Shown: one piece after another, positions 41,550 through 53,118 of the stretch
Position numbering within the stretch: position 1 is the first letter of the stretch
Layout of the letters: every line of letters starts with the position of its first letter
Origin: Eledone cirrhosa
Taxonomy: Eukaryota
NCBI GenBank assembly: GCA_964016885.1
Contig: OZ024741.1
Span: 389,422,001-389,486,000, forward strand
Length of the DNA stretch: 64,000 nt
Reading direction: 5' to 3'
Notes under the pieces: model-generated
Told to the model about the DNA's origin: nothing
Database searches by the model: none
What the model saw: the letters and a program-made list of their open reading frames with translations, nothing else
Translations under genes and position numbers: made by a program

Positions 41550-42202
41550 AGCTATTTTGAATTTGCAATACATGAAAAATATTTTTAGATAAACGATACT
41601 AACTTTATATACACAAAGCATTATTCATAATTGTGTTTATCATCATCATTGTTTTACATCCATTTTCTACACTAGCATGGGTATATATATATATACTGTG
41701 TGCAGTTCATTAATAATAATGGTAACATTAAATAATATATGCTGTTATTCCTCACTATTCAAGTATTTAGGGAGGGCTATTTAGTGGCAGTCATTTATCC
41801 TTTTTTCTAATCTTCTAATTCTAAATGCATTTTTTTTAATTATTGGGCTATGTGTGTTTGTATATATATATTTTTTTTAATTTGCAATAGCAAGCACTAA
41901 GACAGCATTTAAGCATAACAGAAGTGTATATGAAAATGTATATAATATGCTCATATACAATATGCAGCCGAAGAAAAATATTTTTTTCTGTATTTTCCTC
42001 AGTGAATATATCAGAGTTGCCAGTATGCTCTGAGAATGTTTCAACATTTACTAATCTCTCATCGTTGCATTTTGTTACAAAAAAAATATTTTTTTCTTCG
42101 GCAGCAAGGCTCCCCATGTGTTTATTGTCTATGAGCATATTATATATATTTATATTTTCATATACTCCTCTATTATATATATATATATAATATATGTAAC
42201 TC

Positions 42203-43030
42203 CATGCCATACTCTTCCTGGTTAGAAAATTTTTTTTGGAGGAGGAGATATATGAGCCAAGATACTTGTAATCTTCCACCTGCTTAAGCGTGGTACCATT
42301 AAGGGTTCTGATGGGGTAGTTTGGGCTGTTTACGCATCTGTTCACACACTCAGTCTTGGATTCGTTGAGGTACAGTCCAACACAGTTGGACGCTTGCTCT
42401 AATGACTTCAAAAGACTCTCAGCATTTTCCAGTGACCGACTGATCAATGCGATGTCGTCAGCAAAGTCGGTGTCGGTCAAGTATTTTGCTGGGTAGTGTG
42501 AGCTTCTCCTAGGCTGGTCAGCGTGCATGGTCAGCATGCAATGACATGCACGCCATATGGACATCTCAACTTACCAACAAGCTAAAACTGGAAATATTCC
42601 AAGCAACCATTAAGCCCATATTACTTTATGGATCCGAAACTTGGACATTAACATCACAATTTGAGAGGAGATTGGATGGCACATATACCCGCCTCTTAAT
42701 GAGAGTGCAAAACCTATCCTGGAAACGACATCCCACCTTGTCTAAAATCTACGGCAAACTCCCTCGAGCCTCTGCCCTTCTAAAATCCCGGAGAGCTCAA
42801 TTTGCTGGCCACTGTCACCGTGCCAGCAATGAAATCATATCCGCTCTCTTGCTCTGGAACCCTGACTCCAGCCTGACTAGGAGTAGGAAGCTGTCATTCC
42901 CTGACGTTATCTCTAGGGATACGGGAATCAGCAGACAGGACCTGGGGTCAGCGATGGGGGACAGGGGATTCTGGGGCATGAGAGTGAGATCCATCATCTC
43001 GACAGTAGTCGACGAATGATGATGATGATG
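42203..43030. mobile_element. RTE/RTE-X-like LINE with 5' inversion and 11-bp TSD
   Basis: Minus strand DFADDIAL..YKYLGS..MAW; plus strand AWSACNDM..LLYGSETW..; (gat)n tail; TSD atatgtaactc at 42192-42202 and 43031-43041. Confidence 0.92.
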
Positions 43031-43156
43031 ATATGTAACTCTTTAAAATGTATACAAATATATACACAATACATTTCCTATGTTAGTCAGTTACAATTAG
43101 AAGTATAGAAAACAATTTTTTTAGAAAGTAACAACAATGCAAATAGAAATATTTAA

Positions 43157-43515
43157 CCCTTTTGATAACTAAATACATGAAACTGCTCCTGGTTCTGATA
43201 CTAAATTGGTTTAAAGTCTATATATTTTCATAAAAACTTTCCATCATAAAACCTTTGTTATGTTTCAAACACCAGTTAAATAATGGTTTTCTAATTTAGA
43301 TACAAGACCAACAATTTTAGAGGTAAGGGGAAAGTTGATCATACCGACCACAGTACTGGTATTTTATTTTATTGACCCCAGAAGGAAGATAGGCAATGTA
43401 TTTCATCTAATACACAAACAATATATATTACTAAATCCCTTCAAATACTTCATTATTTTCAAACTTGTTTGGAAGTCAGACATTTTTCATTAGAACTATG
43501 GTTAGTAAGGAACTA
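43157..43515. mobile_element. Decayed piggyBac-type MITE interrupted by a SINE fragment
   Basis: TTAA-ccctttt left end; similar to 19988-20225; SINE at ~43285-43395(-). Confidence 0.55.
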
Positions 43516-43802
43516 TAGAGATTTAGTTTGTTTTAACGAGGATATTTCCAAATATATCAAAGACTAATTAAATATTTCCAAAATAATATACCTTTGTTAT
43601 GCTATTTTTAATATTCAATGTTCTCTTTAAATAACTCTTTTAATAACAAACAATTGTGTAGGGATGAAGAAGATAAAAAAAACAAAACCAAGAGATTTAT
43701 ATAAAGCAAATAGTATGATATATTTTATTTGAAACTACGAATATCGTTTTGTGTTGATATATAATAATAGGGTATTATCACATGACATTTGGGTATGATA
43801 TA

Positions 43803-44300
43803 ATAATAATAATTGTTTCTACTTTTGGCACAAGGCCAGCAATTACCCAGTGTATTACTGGTACTTTATTTTATCGACCCCATAAGGATGAAAGGCAAAA
43901 TAATAATTGTTTCTACTTTAGGCACAAGGCCAGCAATTACCCAGTGCATTACTGGTACTTTTATTTTATCGACCCCGTAAGGATGAAAGGCAAAGTCAAC
44001 CTCGGCGGGATTTGAACTCAGATCGTAAAGGGACGTAACTATGCTGGAAAGCATGGCGTCCGACCCTCTACCGATAACTGCCAATCCACTGCCCAAGGCA
44101 AAATAATAATAATAATAATAATAGTTTGTACTTTTGGCACAAGGCCAACAATTTTGGGGAGGGGAAAGTCGATTAAGTCAACCCCAGTGTGTTACTGGTA
44201 TTTTATTTTATCGACCCTGTAAGAATGAAAGGCAAAGTAAAGGGCCGCAACTCTAAGCCACAAAAAATGGTGTTTGACACTCTACTGATATTGCCAATAG
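43803..44300 (-). mobile_element. Three stacked SINE copies
   Basis: Consensus matches; direct repeat aaggcaaaataataat flanks the middle copy. Confidence 0.88.
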
Positions 44301-44423
44301 TAATAATAATACATAGTGGTGATATATCAGAGAGAGAGAGAAAAGCAAACACATATATATATATATATATATATAAACGGAAAAAATGAAACGAAATTTC
44401 ATTTCTCACTCTTAGTACGGCTG

Positions 44424-44522
<99 letters not shown>

Positions 44523-44848
44523 GTGTTTTTTGTTTTTTTGCCTGGTGTAAGACATATCTTAATGAGGGAGATCTCCATCCAACACATCATAATTTATCTT
44601 TTCTTTGTTGTTGACAAACAATCTTATCTTCTGAAGCCAGTTCCATATAAAATATCCATCATCCATCTTTATCTACCACTTCCTCCTTTTCCATTAACAG
44701 TCACTACTGCTATTGCCTGGCTCACTGCTCTCTTTCTCTTTATGTGAAAAATCCTCAATCTTTATTTCTCACTTTTTATCTCTGATTCTTTTTGTATTTC
44801 TTTCTTTCTGTTTATTTCTCCTTTTTACCCTCACTTTCTGTTTATTTG

Positions 44849-44993
<145 letters not shown>

Positions 44994-45187
44994 TATGTAT
45001 ACGTACATACATATATGTATACAGACGTACAGTATGTATATACATACATGCACACATATATATATATGTACGTATGGATTCACCGAACATTTATTATAAT
45101 GTTCGGTGTGTTTGTAAACAAACATCCCGAATTAAGCCGTAGTGTCTAGCAACCATCGTTGCTCATTTGTTCAACACTGACAAAGGA

Positions 45188-45230
45188 ACGCTGTACTAGT
45201 TTCAAGCTTATTAGCTATCGTCAGCAACGT
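45188..45230 (-). ncRNA. Minimal type I hammerhead ribozyme
   Basis: acgttg CTGACGA t agct-aata-agct t GAAA ctag TA cagcgt. Confidence 0.85.
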
Positions 45231-45645
45231 ATACCTTCCTGCCAGATGATTGAACGTCTGAAAGTATATACTTTCCTTATGCATATTAACGGCTGAGCAG
45301 CCTAATTTGCATATCGTGTGAGTTAATCGGCCAGGGTACACACCGAGCATTATAATAAATGTTCGGTGAATCCATACATACATATATATGTGTGCATGTA
45401 TGTATATATATATATACATACTACTGTACGTCTGTATACATATATGTATGTAGGTATACATACTTATATTTAAGTAACAGCCGTACTAAGAGTGAGAAAT
45501 GAAATTTCGTTTCATTTTTTCCGTTTATCGTTTTCGGTACCCCGGCCGATTAACTCACTCGATATGCAAATTAGGCTGCTCAGCCGTTAATATGCATAAG
45601 GAAAGTATATACTTTCAGACGTTCAATCATCTGGCAGGAAGGTAT

Positions 45646-45688
45646 ACGTTGCTGACGATAGCTAATAAGCTTGAAACTAGTACAGCGT
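45646..45688 (+). ncRNA. Minimal type I hammerhead ribozyme (identical inverted copy)
   Basis: Same motif as 45188-45230; predicted cleavage after GUA at 45682. Confidence 0.85.
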
Positions 45689-45939
45689 TCCTTTGTCAGT
45701 GTTGAACAAATGAGCAACGATGGTTGCTAGACACTACGGCTTAATACGGGATGTTTGTTTACAAACACACCGAGCATTATAATAAATGTTCGGTGAATCC
45801 ATACGTACATATATATGTGTGCATGTATGTATATATATATACATACTACTGTACGTCTGTATACATATATGTATGTATACATACTTATATTTAAGTAACA
45901 GCCGTACTTTTTTTCCGTTTATATATATATATATGTGCT

Positions 45940-46110
45940 AATAATTGTTTCTACTTTTGGCACAAGGCCAGCAATTAAACAGTGCATTACTGGTACGTTA
46001 TTTTATCAACCCCGTAAGGATGAAAGGCAAAGTTAACCTCGGCGGATTTGAACTCAGAATGCGTCAAAGCATGGCGTCCGACCCTCCACCGATACTGCCA
46101 ATTCACCGCC
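45940..46110 (-). mobile_element. SINE copy with internal deletion
   Basis: Consensus match; flanked by tgctaataat repeats. Confidence 0.85.
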
Positions 46111-46469
46111 ATATATATATATGCTAATAATATTATTTATACTTATATATCAGTTATATATAATTATATATATGAAAGGGTAGTATTAAGTACTACCCAA
46201 TTACCAATATATATAGGGGTGCAATTCTACAGAGGTATATAAATCTCATTTAATTCCTTCTATAAAAATGCTAATGTTACCCTTCAGATGAAACACTAAT
46301 GAAAATATTTGTTAAGTCTTGTTTTCTCCATCATATATTTTTCTCCATCATATATCTTGCTACCATCAGAAAAGATATAAATACCATCATATTACTTGGA
46401 CAGTCAGCCTCCTGATGATTTCTCACGAATGAAACAGTTCTAGACCTGTAGAAACTTTTCTTTATTAAA

Positions 46470-46496
<27 letters not shown>

Positions 46497-46501
<5 letters not shown>

Positions 46502-46647
46502 GTGGTTACACAACAGTTAGTTCACCATACCGAGAACAATTGTTTCACCTTAGCGGATCCTCAGCTCGTAATGGACATGCTGAGGATCCCCTAAGGTGAA
46601 ACAATTGTTCTCGGTATGGTGAACTAATTGTTGTGTAACCACTTCTA
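46497..46647. repeat. 69-bp inverted repeat, each arm carrying a hammerhead core
   Basis: Arms 46497-46565 and 46579-46647, 2 mismatches. Confidence 0.93.
46531..46568 (-). ncRNA. Minimal type I hammerhead motif
   Basis: cgag CTGAGGA t cc-gctaa-gg t GAAA caattg TT ctcg; stem II is only 2 bp. Confidence 0.65.
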
Positions 46648-47044
46648 CCTAACTCCTCCCATGGACTGAGTGCTCTACCACTACGAATATTACCTTCCAG
46701 TGTTCTACCACTATATATATATATATATACACACACACACATATACATATATACACACACACGTATACATATACACACACATACACACATATATACATAC
46801 ACACACACATATATACATACACACACGCACACATATATACCTACACACACACATGCATATATACACACACACACATATACATACACACCCACATATACAC
46901 ACATATACACACACATATATGGTGGGGATATATAGGCATTAAGTAACAACATCTTTCTCGTTTGTGTGTGTGTGTGTGTAACATTTGAGGTTTGGAAACC
47001 GGGAAGATCAGCCTTCATTGATATATTTTATATCTATATCCCAT

Positions 47045-50000
47045 AGCAATTTAATCGGTCCATCAGTCCAGCGCCCAACGATGCTGTTGGACGGCATGGA
47101 CCTGCCTCTCCAGGTGCCAAGCTGCAGGCCCACCGACTTTTCCTGGTTGATCATTTCTCCTGTCCCCACCTCGTATTCTCTTAGTGTAGTGCTGATCGCC
47201 TCAATGTGTTTGGCATTCGACACCACTACGGTGACGTCGTCGGCAGATACTGACATGGTTCCCCCGTATCCCAGTTCCCGTGGGACGCCCCTCAATGTCT
47301 CCAGTTTGTGCAGTAATGGCTCAAGAGCCAATACATACAACAGGGACGAGAAGGGACATCCTCGGCGGACCAAGCACATGATGTTGAACGGTTCGGAAAG
47401 GTGACCGTTCACTCTCACCACAGAGCAGATGTCGCTGTGCATGGCAGCGATCCAGCCTCTGAAGACAAGCCCAAAGCCAGCCACTCTCAGGACCGCCACA
47501 AGATAAATATGGTTGACCCTATCGAAAGCTTTCGACTGATCTCAGTTGATCATGGCCCCTCCTATGCCAAGTTCACTAGCTGCCCTCTCCATTATGTATC
47601 ACATGAGGTGGCGGTTGTCGTGGATGGATCTGTCTGAAATGGCGCATGTCTGCGCCTCTCACACCAAGCCCCCAACGACAAGCGCCAACCTCTTTGCTAA
47701 CACCTTCGCCAAAATCTTGAACTCTGCATTTAGCAGAGTTATGGGCCTGAAATGATCTATCTTGTCCCCCTAGTTCGGGTCCTTTCTCAGCAGCGCTACC
47801 ATTCCTCAGCTCACAGCGCTGGGAATTCTCCCGTTCTGCTGTCAGTTGCAGTAGACGCCCGCCAAGAGGTCACCAAACAGGTTTCGCATGTGTGCGTAAA
47901 GCTCATAGGGCAGGCCATCCAAACCAGACAATTTACCCATCGTGCAGTCAGTCATTACTACTCGTATTCGGCCTTTCACAACACTTGTAGCAAGGTTCAC
48001 AATGGTGGAGGTGGGAGTAGTGTGTATGTCAGAGCTGCTGTCACGAGACATGTGGCTAGATTTGGGGAGGCGAATACCATTCATGTTTTTTTTTTCAATT
48101 GGTTGCTTGACAAAATAAAGTTTAAATTTTGGTCTCAAGGCCCCAATATTAATGAGTGTCCTTTCAAGAAAGCAATATATATGAACTTATAAACAGTTAA
48201 CAACAAAAATTTTCCGTAACTGGCAATTCAAAACAACTGAAAAAAACAAACTTTTATGGAGCTCATGATAAAACATTAATGAGATAGGCTGGGGGAAAAT
48301 ACGTCTGGCCAACAGTGACCACACCTGTTCATCGTCAAGGAAGCACCAGAGATGTTGCGGCCTCAGCGCATCTTTGCACATCATCAGCCACGGCATGCCC
48401 AGCCCTCCACGCAAAGGGTGTTGACAGCAGATGATTCGTCTGACCATGGGAGCATGTCTCTTCCATAAAAAGCAGAAGAGGAGGCGCTCCATTTTTGTCA
48501 TTGTTGTTATCCACTTTTCGCAGCACTGCGCTGCCGTCGTCGACAGTTGCGGCAGTCCATCGAGGTATGCACTGAAGTGCATACTCTGATCCAGTCCACT
48601 GCTGCTCCCAAACAGTTGAGCAAAGTGCTGCTGAAAAGCCTCACACATCTGCTCAGCTTTGAGGAACATGCGCCCGTTTTGGTCAGGAAAATACCGAATT
48701 GTGGCTTTGTTGCCATGTCACGCCTCCACCACCCAGGCCCATTGGATGGTTATTGTCCCCTCATGTCTCAGAGCATGCGCTCTAGCTCTGACAGCGCAGT
48801 CTTCATGCTTTGCATTGAGGAATTGATCGAGTGCCAATCTTGCCGCAAGCATGTCGGTTGCGATGCCTATCCTAAACGCCTCTTCTAGCTTTCTAACTAG
48901 CTCTCCCTCTACTCTATTTTCCTCTATCTTTACTCCTTTGCTAAACTTTATTGATTCAACTCTAATTGCCCGTTTCAGGGTGAACCACCACGTGTTCAGG
49001 TTCCAGTAACCAGGTCCTTGCCTATGAAGTCTATCTAAGTCGACTTCATAGATCACAAATTTGTGGTCCGAGTAGCCGACTACTTTAAATTGTGAACAAC
49101 CTATGCTAGCCTTATCTGTTTCCCTACAGTATACCCTATCTAGATACGATCTGGATGACCCGATGTGGTTTGCCCATGTCCACATTGGCACATTCGGATA
49201 ATCCAGTCAATACCTGTCAGACAGTTGAAAACGTATGAGCAGGTTGTTGAGGCTTTTACACCATCCTCCCTTATTTACTAGCCCCACATAATCCCAGCGT
49301 GCATCTAAGATACCGTTCCAGTCACCCACTAACACCAAACGGCGGGACGTTCCAAGAAATCTGGCCATCCTGCCCCTGTTGGGGTATAGACGGCTACTAG
49401 CCTGAAAGCTTGCCTTCGCTGCCGGTCACGTCCAGTACCACCGACTTACCTTCTGGGTCCAGGAAGATGGCCCGTATGGCGAGATCCAAGCCTCTCCGAA
49501 AAAGCACAGCAACTCCGCCCCCGCTGCCGGATGGCTGGGAGATGCGTATACATCGTAGCCGTTGTCCGTGGTCTTCATATGGGTGCCACAGACGTTGCTC
49601 TCCTACTCACTGTGGAAGGGTCTGACTCCTCTGTTGCCTGCCCTGTTCCTTTGAACCTCACAATCTTCTGCCCACAGAAGGAGGGCACCAAAACTATCTC
49701 CTCACTCTTTAGGGTTACCAAAAAGTGAGACTTCACCTCTTGAGGGGTGGCAAAAAGTACGTCCACAGTGGCATACTTTTTGCCTCGAGTGATGTGGGTT
49801 TTGCATGCCCACACGCACCCAAAAGCCTTCTGAATTTGAGCTTCCGTGGCTCTCTCCACCCGATATGATCTTTTGCTTACTGTGCGGTAAGTCACCGTCC
49901 ACAGCTTCTTTCCTAGTCAACATGGCCCTTGCGGCTGTCATTTCCTCCTCTGTGACTACCACTCTCTCTATATTCCAGGCCACACCCACAAAAGAAGTGG

Positions 50001-50295
50001 TCCCTTTTTTAGTGGCACCATTATTGCTGCTACTGGTCTTGTTGTTGGTGCTGGGATTGTTGTTACTGTTATTGATGTTGTTATTGTTATTGTTGTTGTT
50101 TTCATTGATACTGTTGCTGCAGCTATTGTTGTTGTTATTATTGTTGTTTTTGTTGATACTGTTGCTGCTGTTACTGTTGTTGTGGCTGTTGTTAATTTTG
50201 TTGCTTTCGTTGATACTGTTCTTGCTGTTGTTGCTGTTGTTACTGTCATTGTTATTGTCTTTCTCGACCCTATCGCTGTTATTTTTGTTGTTGCT
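47045..50295 (-). mobile_element. Rearranged Tx1-clade LINE segments
   Basis: ORF1/APE/linker 50295-48505; post-RT 48500-48278; 5' UTR and ORF1 start ~48200-47965; RT 47960-47045. Confidence 0.88.
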
Positions 50296-50450
50296 GTTCA
50301 GATCATACAGGGAGGTAACTCTATGCTTCAAAGCATGGCGTCCGACCCTCTACCGATACTGCCAATCCACCGCCTGGAGCCGATAATAATAATTGTTTCT
50401 ACTTTAGGCACAAGGCCAGCAATTACCCAGTGCATTACTGGTACTTTATT
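50296..50450 (-). mobile_element. Two SINE fragments (tail half, then head half)
   Basis: Consensus matches. Confidence 0.8.
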
Positions 50451-50539
50451 TAATGATTTCTTTATTCTTCGGGTTAACATCAAGTAAAACATTATGCCAG
50501 CACAGAATGAAAACATAAGGTGTGTTTATGTGTGTGTGT

Positions 50540-51200
50540 GTGTGTGTTTATGTTTGTGGGTTTTGTGTGTAAAAAGTTTCAACAATTTCAAAAGAAAAAA
50601 AAGAAGAGATAACAATGAAATTATAACAAAGTGGATTCTTCAATAAGGAGGAGACGTTCGAGGGTCACTCGGGGAGAAAACCCCATGAAACCACAGATGT
50701 CTTGATTTTTAGGTTAAGTGCTTTGTCCCAGCTGTGGTCCACCAATTTACAGGCTTACACTCAAAGTGGGCCCATTCACTCAGGCCATGGTTGCTTCTCT
50801 CACCCACCTTTCAACAGATTGCTCTGAAATAAGCACTTCTCTCTCCACCCAGAATTTCCTCTTTAAGTGGAACCTGAAGAAGTTAATAAGGGCTTTGCTG
50901 AAGAGGAAAATGCTCATCTTCAATCCTTTCAAGCGAGTCCACCATACAACCTATTTCACCATGACCACAAGATAAACGTAGCCTTCCCTTCTTTATTAAA
51001 GGAAGGTTGTGGGGCAATCTTCACAGTCGAGTTGGCCAATAGTCAGATTTGTCCTCCACGCGACAGCAAGTGTTCAACATAAATCTACAAACTAACAATG
51101 CTTGGACACTGAATGATTGCATGCAGGACGGTTTTGTCACCATGTGAACATCTTGGACATGCCCTGCTGATGGCACTACCATGCCTGTAGAGATTATTCT
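50540..51200 (-). mobile_element. Diverged Tx1 3' end
   Basis: Homologous to 36660-37250 (ETVLHAIIQC, FFRFHLKRK). Confidence 0.85.
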
Positions 51201-51777
51201 GAACACACACACACATAAATATGTGTGTGTGTGTTTATTTCTTCATGAGCAAATGTCGTCTGTATTCAATCAATTTTATTAACTTAGATAGCCGCTTATT
51301 TTATCGATATTTTTAAAGAGAAAATAAACTCTACATTATAGAACGCACACACACAAACGTAGCCGCGCATGCACACAAACACATACACGCACACACATAT
51401 ATATATATATAAACATTCACATATAGATATGACATAAAGCCTATTAAAAATAACATCAAATCTACCCCAAACCACACAGTTTTGTAAAAAGCTGAGAACA
51501 CCAGTGAAATAATTTTTTTTTTCTGGAATCTTAAGCAGTCCTATTAGTAGCAACGAAATCTCCCTCAAACCATAGATAGATTTGCCAGAAAATGAGAGAA
51601 ATAGCAAAGAAATATACCGTTAATCACATATTATAGTCTCATTAAAATCTACTTTAAATTTATATATTAATTTCCAGAACTTTAATCTACACACTTTAAT
51701 AAGTATCTCTATAAAATTTCAATAAAGAATATTACTAATTAAGAATATTATTAACAAAATTAGTAGTCATTATTTTT

Positions 51778-51960
51778 TGGCAGTATCGGTAGAGAGTCGG
51801 ACGCCATGCTTTGACGCATAGAGTTACGGCCCTTGCCATTCTGAGTTCAAATCCCGCCGAGGTTAACTTTGCCTTTCATCCTTATGGGGTCGATAAAATA
51901 AAGTACCAGTAATGTACTGGGTAATTGCTGGCCTTGTGCCAAATGTAGAAACAATTATTT
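51778..51960 (+). mobile_element. SINE copy
   Basis: Consensus match. Confidence 0.92.
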
Positions 51961-52889
51961 TAGAAAACTCAGGTAAGTATCACGGTCAAAGGGAGGTAAA
52001 TATAGAACTTTCGTCCCTGCTTGAGGACAACTACGTGGTCAATAATAATGCTAGAAATGGCAGTCAAACGTTATATCTTATATAAAAACAAAATGCTAGA
52101 CACAACAGCCAAATCTCCTTCAAATATTACATCTTATTATATTTTAAAATGGTAGAAATAGAACACAAATCTCCCTTTTATTCATTTTAGTGATGAATCA
52201 AGAAAGAATATTTCAATATATTTTCAGCAAAATTCTTATTAGTTTCACACTTTATATGGAAGAGTGGAAAGAAAGTTTGACATGGTATGAGCATGACATG
52301 GACACTTTAACTAAACGGCAATATATTGATGGTAGTCGCTAACGATTAAATTTTGAGTTATTTAATTAATCAATACCTTTTTAATTATGAACTTTATCAT
52401 TTATTTCAAGGCTGTCTCTTCTATATCGAAAACAGCTTATTAAATGTAGAGCTTGAAGTACTTGTTATGATCAAATATAAACACACAAAACATACATACG
52501 TACACACATCTGTATACTGTATATACATATACACACACATTTATACAAAAAAACACAAACACACAGAGTTTGATTTAGACCATTGAAGGTGTGAGGCACT
52601 TCAGATTAGTATATATAGCAAACCCCCAATTTTACACCTCAAAGTTAGCTTGATGCAAGTAATTGGAATCGAAAAGTTATGTGGGTATTAAATTCAAATA
52701 TTCTAACAATCCTAAAACTAAAAAGCGCATCATTACTACTCCTGCAATTCTTGCATTTAATTCAGTCTCCTGCCTTCCATCACTGCCCTGAAATACTTGA
52801 ACTTCTCCACCTGCTTCAGTGGAACTCCATTCTGAGCAGGCTTCCTTGAGATAATATGTGTGTGTATATATATATATATATATATTTAT

Positions 52890-53043
52890 TAAAATAACAG
52901 ATTAAAGTTTAAGCAAAGAATCGCTGCTTTCACCCTTAACGGCATCTTCTGAAACTCTATTTGCTCTACGGTTCTTATATATTTGATATATATTTATCCT
53001 TATCGAGCTCTCTTTGGATTTTAGTCTTCAAATTTATTATTAT

Positions 53044-53050
<7 letters not shown>
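52890..53050. mobile_element. Naiad terminal (pLTR-like) fragment with inverted hammerhead-like half, between (TA)n tracts
   Basis: 52891-52952 is the reverse complement of 25150-25205; 52960-53040 is direct to 25220-25285 and similar to 12110-12190. Confidence 0.7.

Positions 53051-53114
<64 letters not shown>

Positions 53115-53118
<4 letters not shown>

Noticed and set aside
45171-45705. Duplicated small ORF (YPGRLTH..AFLCQC)
   Set aside because: It arises from the inverted repeat, has different starts in the two copies and overlaps the ribozyme.
49805-50386. Poly-Leu membrane protein ORF (also 4827..5051 and 35781..36026)
   Set aside because: Antisense of the (AAC/AGC)-rich low-complexity start of Tx1 ORF1.
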